A stretch of 64,000 nt of DNA from the human T2T-CHM13v2.0 reference genome, Homo sapiens: NCBI RefSeq assembly GCF_009914755.1, contig NC_060947.1; one strand, 5' to 3'. Below, in pieces: positions 13,200-23,775 of the stretch (the stretch's first letter is position 1; every line of letters begins with the position of its first letter). The position numbers were made by a program, and so were the translations under genes. The notes under the pieces are model-generated. The model saw nothing but the letters and a program-made list of their open reading frames with translations. It was not told the origin of the DNA and did not search any database.

Positions 13200-15860
13200 C
13201 TTTGGAGAAGGCTTAAAACTTTATTGAGACATTTTTCAGTCAAATATCTAATATAAAACCAGTTTGTGTTGTTTCAGCTTGTCTTCATTTAAAACTGTGG
13301 TTGCCCATCACCTATAATAGAAACATAACAGGAGGGGACATTACTAGCAGAACTGTATTCAGATAAAATTAAAGGTATGAGAAGGACACCGAAGTTTTAG
13401 TTTTACACAATGGACTAAAACTAGGAGCCTAAGAGTCACTCTATGGCTTATATTGAATTAGACTTCTGTAGAGACGTAATATGTCTGTATTCTCTGTAGA
13501 GAGTACATTTATTACTTATGAATAACTTCAACTAATGATTCATACCTGTCTTTTATTCACTACCTGTCTCCCCATAAGTTTGTTCTGTGGCTCTTCTACT
13601 ATTATGTTTATTTCTTTGTATTATTTTTATTTGTCATGTAATTTTCTGTCTATTTTAGTAACATGTGCATTTAAGGCTATGATCTTCCTAAGAATACAAT
13701 TGAGGCTTGTTCGATATGCTTCCAGAAATCGTCTGAAAACTATCTTTTAATGTAAATAGTCTAATGAAATGGTTCAGCAGTGTAGAGTAAAAACATTTAG
13801 GTAATTTCTCCCCTAAACATGCAGTTCTTCAGTTAAAATCAGAAAGTCTTCTAATTCATAGCCATCAATTGGCATTATATGCGTAAAAAATACTTATGTC
13901 AACTACCCAGGAATTAGTACCCTTAGAATACTTGAAATTTAATTCCTATCATCTGAGGTCTCAAGGCAGAAACCTGTAAAATGTAACCTATGATATGGTT
14001 GGAAGAGATTGTATCATACGTGTCTTCTATCTAATTGCACACAGTAGGTCATGAAGACTGACAGGAGGGCAGAGAGCATGCTTAGCACAGGCATCTTACA
14101 CCTACCTTGAGCATCACTGACCTACGTGCATTCTCTCTACTTATCAGCCACAGAAATAAGACTGTCACTTGCCATTTTATTATAACGGTTTCTTCTGATT
14201 TAGCAAGGACAGTATTTTCAACATAGAAAATGTATCTCAAAGGTAAGAGATGATTCATTATATCCAGGGACTCCAGGAAACTACAAACTATACTTATCAA
14301 TTTTCCAGCCAACTTTCAGCAAACATTTGAGACCCTTTCCTAATGCTTTCTTTCCTCCTGTTACTGCTCAAGGCATAAGGCATGATGCACACATAGGCCT
14401 CCTCCCCCCATAGACATTCTTTCTTTCCCTTCCCAGGACCTTGAATCTCAGCTGCACCTTGATCATTCTTCTCTCTCCTGACCAGGTTTTGGATCTTGAC
14501 TTTCAGCTGGTGGTTCCTCCTCTCATGGCTCTTTATCACTGGGCTCCTGGGAACAGGGGTGTGTGTTTGTCCAGATAAAAAGTTTTGTTATCAATTACAT
14601 GTCAATAATATAAATGTATATAATACATACATATTGTTGATCATAAGTACGTCTGAAGACATTTCTCCAACACTATACCATATACTAATTGTTCATAGAG
14701 TTACTCTTTTCACAGACAGGTTACTCTAATAGAGTTAACCTCAAGGGCTTCAGAAGCCATTTTAATTTATGTTGGGATGAATGTGTGGAATCATGGGATA
14801 CTTTAATCATTGTACCTATACTAGTTCAACACTATCATGAAAAGGAATTTCTGCTAATGGAAAGCATTGAATGGCAAGGCACTCACAAGCATAGGCCCAA
14901 TCAGCTCAGGAGGTTGTACATATCATCTTGGTCTAGGCCTATATGTTGATCTTCCTAGCCAATTCATATTTCACAGTGCGAACAGGAAACTGTGATGGGG
15001 AAAATGCACTTGACAGGATAGCTATATTTGACCACTTCCATAGCCAAATTTCAACTTGTAATTTTTTAAAAATTTGGTAAGACTTTGAATATAAGTCCTA
15101 GGGCAAGTATAAGTTTGTTTGCCTTCTGAATGAAATGCTTGCACATTACATTGGTCAAGCTAGCTGAGCAATGTCTTAAGGCTCTTGGCAAATGACACAG
15201 GGTATTTCCGATGAGGTTGGTTTCAAAACTGGACCTTCCACATAAAGACATATAGAAATATACAGCTAGTGAATTAAAACCGCAGTGGCCACGGCTTTTG
15301 TCACACAACCATTTGCTAGTCCCATTTCTCCCCTAAAATCGAGTTTTGTTGGAATGCAGAGCCCCATCCATTCGAACCTCTACGGTGGAGTAGACAAGTT
15401 GAGACGCATCCCTGAGTGCTCCTACAGACCTGGGAGCTGCCATCAACAACTTGCGGTGCTCTGAGTTTCCAGGCCCCTTCCTTATCTCCCACCTGGCCCT
15501 CTCTGGGGTCCCTCACGGTGAGCCTGGAATCTGTCATCTCTCAGGTGTTCCAGGCCCTTGTGGGCCTCGGATACCTTCAACAGGGCCCCCAGCACTCTCC
15601 CCATCTTCACCTGATCCCCCTGAAGTCCATGGCCCACCTTTCTCCTTTGTTCTGAACCCACCATAACAATGCCTGTGATGGTGCCGACACACGAGGAAAA
15701 GGACAATCACCTCATGACCCTTCACCCTGAGAGGCCAAGGACCATGCTGCCCCATGCTCTGGAAGGCCACGTTCCCCTCCTCACACTCACCCACACTTCC
15801 ACTCCTGGGAGGGCTGGTCTGTGGACCTACGGACTGCATCTCAGTAGTGGGAGAAAGTGA
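13200..15860 (-). pseudogene. XAGE: XAGE-family pseudogene (copy 2, XAGE3-like N-terminus)
   Basis: Exon-1 region near 15.5-15.86 kb. Exon 2 coding 14967-14887 = [26 protein letters not shown] (TGA at 14925-14923, acceptor changed to CAC). Exon 3 14546-14440 = EPSDKEP*EEEPPAESQDPKPGQERE plus a 1-nt frameshift. Exon 4 deleted. Last exon starts 13311 (G)DGQPQF*, AATAAA at 13225-13220. Confidence 0.92.
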
Positions 15861-16600
15861 CCCTCACACCCTCACAGCTCTGCGACATTCACCACGTGGC
15901 AAAGGGGCCGACTGGAAGATGCCCAGTGAACATGCGCACTGAGGCAGGGGCCCCAGGAGCATGGGCAGGGAAGTCGGTACCTGCCTTGTGGGCTGTGGTG
16001 CCCTGCCTTGCCTCACCTCATCCCCCACTCTGCAGGCCTGCCCCCTGCCCCAGGTCACCACTGTGGACTTCAAATGTGCCCTCCGTGGGCGGTTTCATAT
16101 GCCTCCGGAACTGAAATACTACGAATAGTTTTCCCCTTCAAAATGCACTCCATCTTCATCAGGCCCTCCTTCTCTCTATGGACCTCCTTCCTCCTGTCCA
16201 GGCCCTGCACGACAGCAAGGCCGTAGCTCCTTTGTCGCCTGTTAGTAGAAGGACAGGGACCTCAAGGCCCTTCCCCCTAGGAGGCCATGGACCGTGCCCG
16301 CAGGCTCCTTCTCACACTCTCTCACACTTCAACTCTGGGAGTACTGATCTGTGGACCTACTGGCTGACTCTTAGCAACACAGAAGGAAGTCACGATGTCT
16401 CCTTGCATAGCTCTACAGGGACAGGAGGCAAATAGACAAGGCACCTGGGCAACAAAGGACGTGCACACAATCAGGCACGTGCAGTGACAGCCAGGGTTTT
16501 CCCACTGTCCCCAGGCCCACATCCCCAGGGTGGTGTTTGTAGTAGAAAGAGACGCGAGATTTTTTTTTTTTTTTTTTGTCTCTTGCCCAAACATTCTCAT
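15780..16600 (-). promoter_or_regulatory. XAGE promoter/first-exon region with two tandem exon-1-like modules
   Basis: GC-rich. Two related modules ending in gtaggtccacag...gagttgaagtgtg on the - strand (near 15790-15850 and 16325-16390). Mirrors 35170-35950. Confidence 0.6.
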
Positions 16601-16711
16601 GCATCCAGAAACATTGGGAACAGAGAGTCCCATGTCACCCTTAGTGGAGGATGTGTCTCAGAAAGACCTTTGTGACAGAAATAAAGACTTGTATGTCTAC
16701 ATTTACACATA

Positions 16712-16962
16712 CTTTTTTCTCAGGGTGTTGCTCTGCCCTCCAGGCAGGAGGGCAGTGGCATGACCATGCTTCACTGCAGCCTCCATCTCCTGGGCTCCAG
16801 CCATCCTCCTCAAGCTGCTGCCTCCCAAGTAGCTGGGACTGCAGGTAGACGCCACCAGGCTCAGCTAATGTATTAAATTGTTATTGTTTTAGATGCGGGG
16901 TGTCACTGTTTGCTCAGGTGGCTTTCAAACACATGGGCTCAAGTGATCCTCCCATCTTGGCC
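16712..16962 (-). mobile_element. Alu (AluJ-like), diverged
   Basis: tcactgcagcctcc...ctcaagtgatcctcccatcttggcc. Confidence 0.82.
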
Positions 16963-17934
16963 AACTTTTATACATGCTTTGATTAGTCACTTTCTCCTCT
17001 GGTTCTGGGTTTTCTACCATGCATACAATGTAATTAACTACTTCTGTAGACTCAATCAATTCACATCTGTACCCATTCTTTAGGTTGTGTTAACGCATAT
17101 TTATACTTCTCCACTGGTAACTGATTTCCCTTAATACCTGTAAGGTAATCACCTGTAAGGTAACTCTGTGTGATTTCAACATTGGCTCACAGTGACTTGG
17201 AAAGCCTGCGTGGGAAGTATTTCTTGAAGGAAAGTGGAGAGTTTCCAGGAACCATTTTGAAAAACAGAGACAAGCGATGTCCTCCTTCCCTCCCTTGCCT
17301 CTCCTCCTGAGCCAGGTTTTCTATTTTCTCCATTGTTACAAAATCAGCATGTAGTATTCTGTGATGAAAAGTTTTCATCTCTTTAATCATCCAGTTTTTT
17401 TCCTCTAGACCTTTTTTTTTTCCTGGAAGGGTTGTATGCAGATGGAACAAAACATTTTCAGAAAAACACATTATGATATAAATTTAGTGAAAAGACTCAT
17501 CATATTTAAGAAATGGTCAGGATGAAATCCTGAATTTATAAAAATTGTAAAAATCAGTTTACATTACCTCCATCCCTTTTGTCTACATCACTTATCCAGT
17601 GAGAAGTGTAGAAAAGATGAATTCCTTGCTTGTGACAGCTGCATTAATTAGTCAAACTTCTGGAACCCTTCCATCAATATCATACATTCAGATGTAGTGG
17701 CCACAAAATGCAAAGCCATTTTACAACTGTACCTGTTTTTCTTTTTTTTTCTTTTAATCTCATTGTAATTTCCATCAAACCCCTATCACTAAATTCACCA
17801 TTCACAGAGTTACAAGTATCATGGCCAAGAGAGATCCTGCCTCAAATTTTTTTTTGTGGGTGGTGGGGTGCTGCAGCAGTGGCAGCCCAGCTGATGACAA
17901 GGCTGGAATGTGTCTTCACACACCCGCATCGCCC

Positions 17935-18215
17935 TTTTGAAACAGGGCTTCTCTCTGTTGCCCAAGGTGGAGTACACTGGAGGACTTACAGCTCACCACA
18001 ACCTAGGACTCCTGGGCTCAAGCGATCCTGCTGCCTTACCTTCCTGAGTAGATGGGACTACAGACACGTGCCATGATGCCCAGCTAATTTTGAAAATTGT
18101 GAAGAGCAGGGGTCTCATTATGTTGCCCAGGCTGGCCTTGAACTCCTGGCCTCAAGTGATTCTCCTCCCTCAGCTTCCCAAAATACTGAGATTTCAGATG
18201 TGAGCCACCTCATGT
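17935..18215 (-). mobile_element. Alu (AluJ-like)
   Basis: tttgaaacagggcttctctctgttgccc...gtgagccacc. Confidence 0.88.
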
Positions 18216-18780
18216 CGCCTTTTTTTTTTCCTCACTCTTCTCCCTTTATATAAGGCTTAAGGTTTATCTAAATCCTTGCTCCAGTCCAGGAGACTGGTTT
18301 TTTCCCTCCTGCTTGCAGGAAAGAGCAATTCATACGTCAGGGTTTTTGGCCTACTGAAAGTTCTTTGGCAACAATTGCGTCCTTTCTCTACATGCCTACA
18401 GGAGAAAACAAAAATTAAAGTCAGCACCAGGCTGCACTTTTCCTTCATACATTATCCTGTGCAGAACAGCGTTTAAGAGATCCAGTGAGCCAGTTCTCTT
18501 GCAGCTGGAGGGATTATTGTTAAATGCTGTGAGTACATGTATTTTTCATAATAGACAACAGCTCAGCTGGTGCTTCATACTATGGGGAAATCCATAGTCT
18601 CAAAGGAGTGACAACTTCATCTTCTGTATCCCTTCACACTTCCTTTATTCAAACAAGGTTTTCACCATATTGTAGTGAGCCAGGGTATTGCTGGTGAATC
18701 ACACTGTTGCTGCCACTGTGTCAGGGATCCTCAAGGCCACCCTCACCTTCAGTGATTCCCTGGCATTCTCTGCTGCCCTT

Positions 18781-19359
18781 CTGCATACAATACTCCTGAC
18801 TGGAGCCAGCCCCCTCACCTCAGGTGAGGATACCATGTCTCCCACTTTCTCAGGGGCTTTGCTCCTGCAATGATCACTCTTTTCTCCTGAACCATCGACT
18901 GCTCCCTCTACGTTGGATCATTCCCCAAGCTAAGGGAAAACTCACCTTCTTCCCCCATGTCCTTTTGTAAGTACCAACACATGTATCTGCTGCCCAGCAA
19001 AGGAAAACTGCATGAACTTAAGCATCACACTTCACTGGAGTCCGTTCTCATATTATCTACAAAGGAAAATGAACCACAATATCCAAAACAATTCTGAAGT
19101 ATAACTTTGGGGTATTCACCGTACATGATGTCAAAATTCACATTAATTCTATTTTATTGATTGATTGACTATGTTCTCAATGAATGGGAAGAAGTGGAGT
19201 TCTCTCTTAGCTTGGGGATTGATCTAATATAGAGGGAGCCGTTGATGGTTCAGGAGAGAGGAGTGATCACTGCAGGAGTAAAGCCCCTGAGAAGAGGGGA
19301 GGCATGGCATCCCGAGCTGAGGTGAGGGTGCTCCCTTGAGTTAGGAGAATTGTATGTAG
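18781..19359. repeat. Imperfect inverted repeat, ~178-bp arms with ~225-bp spacer
   Basis: 18781-18958 is the reverse complement of 19184-19359 (ttctcaggggcttt, gatcactc, tcctgaaccatc, tccccaagctaag are shared). Arms resemble LINE-2 sequence. Confidence 0.9.
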
Positions 19360-19729
19360 TTGTTGATTATGATTTTTAATCATCCAGCCCCATATGGCAA
19401 TTGTGTTACTTCTCCAATATTCAAGACAGTGTGGCATTTGGGGAAAATCAACAGATCAGAATAGAGTCCAGCAATAGACTCACAGACATAATAAGTTGAT
19501 TTTCAGAGAAGGGGAAAAGGCAAAGGAGAAAGTTTTTTTTAAATAAATGATGTTGGTTTTCTCCCACCTCGTGGTCACTACATTGTTTTTTATTCCTCTG
19601 GTTCCCTTCTCTATGTTTCTCCTTTGCACTTCAACTGGTCTTCTGTTTGTCTTTCTGCCCCAACATAGTGCGATATTTCCCACAGCACGTATCAAGTGTC
19701 TTTGTGATATTTGATATGTTCATCACATC

Positions 19730-20146
19730 AATGATAAACCAGATCAAGAAAATGTGGTACATATACACCATGGAATACTATGCAGCCATAAAACTAAAGA
19801 GATCATGTCCTTGGCAGGGACGTGGACAGTGGTGGAGGCCATTATCCTTAGCAAACTAATGCAGGACCAGAAAACCAAATACCGGATCTTCTCACTTATA
19901 AGTGGGAGTTAAATGATGAAAACACATGGACACACGGGAGAAGCATCACACACTGGGGCGTACTGGAGGGCGGGGGTGGGAGGAGGGAGAGGATCAGGAA
20001 GAATAGCTCGTGGATGCTAGGCTTAATACCTGAGTGATGTGATGATCTGCGCAGTAAATCATGGTGGCACTCATTTACCTATGTAACAAATCTGCACATC
20101 CTGCACACGTAACCCTGAACTTAATATAAATTTTGGAAATAAAAAA
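19730..20146 (+). mobile_element. L1 3' end (older L1PA subfamily)
   Basis: [20 protein letters not shown]2 end, 3'UTR with G-rich tract, aataaaaaa. Confidence 0.9.
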
Positions 20147-20839
20147 GTCAGTATCTCAGAATCCCTCTTTCCATGTGTTTGTCATTATGTCATTTATCAA
20201 AGCAGTATGGTGACATAAAAGCTCAGGTGTAATAACAGTTAGTATGATTAGTGATTTAGCAGGATTATAGCCCAGTAATTACTAATATTGAATTGCATTG
20301 GACTGCTTACAGTACTTAAGGAAAGTTGGTAAGGAAAAATATTCATGCTTCAAAATAATTTTAAAATTCATGTAAAATTGATCAACACTGAATACCACAG
20401 ATGTCGCTGTCACTGGATGCTAATGAAGTACATAATGGACCCATAAGACACAGTCAATAATAAAGGGGGAAATAAAAGGGAACATATCAAAGCACCATCA
20501 GACTAGTGCAGAGGCACACACATGAACACACCCTGCAGCTGCGGAAAGACATGGTAGGAAGTAAAGCCCCACAACTCATCAGCCATCCTTCTCACCAGCT
20601 CATGAGTTCACAAATGAGTTTGCTGAGGGTCAAATGTCTACAGTAAAACTGACCGATTTAAATATCACTGAATGCCATTTCAAGCCTTAGGTAGAAAGCT
20701 ACAGACAAGAGTGAACTTATTCTGAGCAAGTCTTAATCCATCATCTTCACAGATGGCTAACAGAAATGGCCTGTAAATATCTTGTCTGACAACCGCTAAA
20801 GTACTGACATCCAAACTCTTTTATTACAATGCATGAGAG

Positions 20840-21349
20840 TGTTGCGGGAAAATCAGAGATGGGAGAGACGGAACAGAGTTCAGGAGAGCCCTTTATTATT
20901 AAGGTGATCACCGGCTCAGTCGGACTAGGGTCCAGAAAGTCTGAGCCCCGAACAAAGGGATCAATCACCTTTTAAGTAGTTTGTGGCGGGAGTTACGTGC
21001 TGCAGGAAGCGTACTTGTGGAAGCGAGAACAAAGGCAGTTAATCTTTCTTTCACATTTGTTGCACCACATGTCTTACATCCTTGGGAATACATGTTTTTG
21101 TAGCATTTGCTTATCAACCTTGTGACTTCACAGCCGCGCTAGGGAGGGAAGAAAGAACTCGCTGTGCCTCAAGGAATGTGAAATGATGGAACACAGATAA
21201 GCCTCTCTGAGCATAGAGGAGAAATAAGCAGTTAATATTCTCTTTTAACCCAGGCCTCTGGGTTGGGGGGCTATATGACATTCTACCTTCAAGGAAAATA
21301 ATACATTTCTTGACTATTATATTTAAAAAATTCATTAATTCCCCCTTCA
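20840..21349 (-). repeat. 3' LTR of provirus
   Basis: Direct repeat of 31002-31512; TG...CA termini; preceded by the polypurine tract at 21350-21361. Confidence 0.95.
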
Positions 21350-21382
21350 TTTCCCCACTTTGGTGCTTGCCATACATGCAGA

Positions 21383-23675
21383 TTAATAAAGGGCACCACA
21401 GTCGTTTATGTCTTCCGGTGTAGGCTCATATTCTTCTTGAGGGACTGATTGGTATTTTTGCAGTGCCATTAGTTTGGTGGTAGTCGTCCGGTCTACTACT
21501 GCTTCAGTGGTGGATTGGATGCTTCTGATGAGAAGAAGTAAAAGCCAAGGCAGTATTAGGCATCCTCCAGTTATGACTATAAAACCAATTATTAGAGTTT
21601 TAAAGCCTCCAAGCCATGAGAACCATCCTCCAAAAAGTGTATTTGGGCTCCATCTGGACCAGGTCTGCACTGAGACATGGGCTAACTTTCACATCTTAGC
21701 AGTAATTTCCATAACAGCTCTTCCATTGTTGTCAATTTGTAAGCAACAGTTGGTCAAATTTAGTTTGCCACAAACTCCTCCTTTGGAGGCTAGGAGATAG
21801 TCTAACGCTAGCCTATTTTGGTATATGGCATCCCTCATTTGGGTGGCATGTATAGCTAGCAAATCTAAGGCTCGAGCTGTCTCATTGACTATAATTTCTA
21901 GTACCGCTTGTAATCTTATAATTCAGTTCAGCATGTATATAGGAGTATGGTAACCCCATGACCCATCTTGGGCCTACGTAGTTGGTCCATAATATTTTAT
22001 GATCCTCTCTGGAGGCTATTCATTGTCTTTCCAATTTCTTATTTCAATGTCTTTTCTTATGTTTGTGTTTACCTTTTTGGCGGTACTTATCTGGGTAGAG
22101 ACATTTCTTCTGGTCCTTTTCCTTTCTTTGTTATAGACTGGGTAACTTAAATCTTCTCCTTGGGTTAATGGGAGTAAGAAGAAAGATGGTCTTATTGTTC
22201 CTAATACACAGGCTCTGATCCAATTTTCAGGCAATAGTTGGTAGGCCTTTGTCCCAGAGATCCAGTATAGTCCTGCTGGTGCCTTCCAAATATTTGGGAC
22301 ATCCAGCCGATACCATGACTGATTTAACACTGGAAATTGGGAGAGGGGATTGAAATCCAGCACAGAGGAATTATCTGTACAACTTCTCTCCTGGGTCTTA
22401 TTTTCTGATTCCTCGAAATATTGTTGATGTGAACAAGTTGTATCCCCTACCTGAGTTTGAAAGTTTTTTTCCCCATCGTGCTATGCAATATCTCCCAATG
22501 ATAGGGGCCTTTAGTAGCCAAACACTTGGGTTGGCATTGAATTTTGTAACAAATTCTGGTATGGTAAAATTATCTTGTGGCATTAATTCTCTGGCTTCCC
22601 AAGGCCATTGATCTCCCATATTTGTACCTCCACAAACATAACGTGATGTGACCCCAAGATTAGTAGCAATACTTTCAGCTAGTTGAGCAAACAGATTTTC
22701 TGCTGTTATTGGTGGAATTTGAATCTTTGATTCTTTGGGGTCGAAATGCTTAATAAGGAATTTATAAAACCTGAATTGCTGCATTGGGTTAACTTGAACT
22801 TTAGCTCGTTGAGTCTTTTTAATAATTACATTCGGAATCCCTTGGTTTGCTCCTTCCTGGTTAAAGCCCATTAGTCCTTTATGTCCGTTAGTCCAGAAAG
22901 GCATATTTGGTTTCAGTATAGTCAGATTGAGGGGGTTGCATGTTCGGGTTGTGCACCCAATTTTGGCTTTCAGGCAGGCAAACAAAGCCACTCTTCCTGG
23001 GTAAAGGTGCTGACTGAACTCGTGGGTAGTCCATTGACTGTGACAGTCAAGACAATCCTTTTCTGTTTCTCCCATTAAGATCTTAGCAGCTTTGCTGCTG
23101 ATTCTTTCCTGGCCTAGATCCCTACAGACCACTCCTAGATTGTTCAACTTGCTAAGATGTGCAGCTTGGCAGGCATCAAAATATATTGAGACAGGCCCTC
23201 TGTGTGAAAAAGGAAATACCTTTGTTTTGGTTACAAGCTTCCCTACTCCAGTGTCTATTGGATTCGTATATGATGGCAACAAGGGTTCCCCTATTCGGAT
23301 TTCAAGCCAGAAATCGTAGGGCAGGGATTCCAGATCATAACAGATTTGAGGCTGCCCATTTCCCAGGTCACAAACAGAGTAGCTGGTTTGGTTATAAACA
23401 CAAGTTCCTACCTGAGTCCCTGTGCACTCATAGTAGGTCTGGTATATCAGAGTCTTAGTTATGCCTTTTTCAGACCAAGCATCCATCATGCAGTGATGGC
23501 AACTATCTTGGTTTCCTTGGACAGCTGTTAGCATTTTTGCTACTAGTACAATCAGGTTTAGACTATGCACGGGCATCCTCCTGGGCAGCAAGTTCGACAG
23601 CAATTGCAAAGGTAACATGACAGTAAGACAATTAGTACAAGCAAAAGAATAACTACACTGGCAAATTCTATCCAC
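21383..23675 (-). pseudogene. env: ERV env, frameshifted; 425-codon SU open frame retained (22398-23675)
   Basis: SU motif CHHC...TKTLIYQTYYECTGT..GTCVYNQTSYSVCD (ERV3-1-like); YVCGGTNMGDQWPWEARELMP; furin site RKRTRR; TM immunosuppressive domain [19 protein letters not shown] and CX6CC near 21744-21827; membrane anchor in ORF 21383-21670. Confidence 0.93.
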
Positions 23676-23775
23676 ATTTACTTATCTGGCACTGGCTTCC
23701 TCAGGCTTCGGCCATGTGTAGACTACTCAGCTTCCGGTTGTGTGACTAGAGCAAGGTTTGGTGTTTCTTCAAGCT

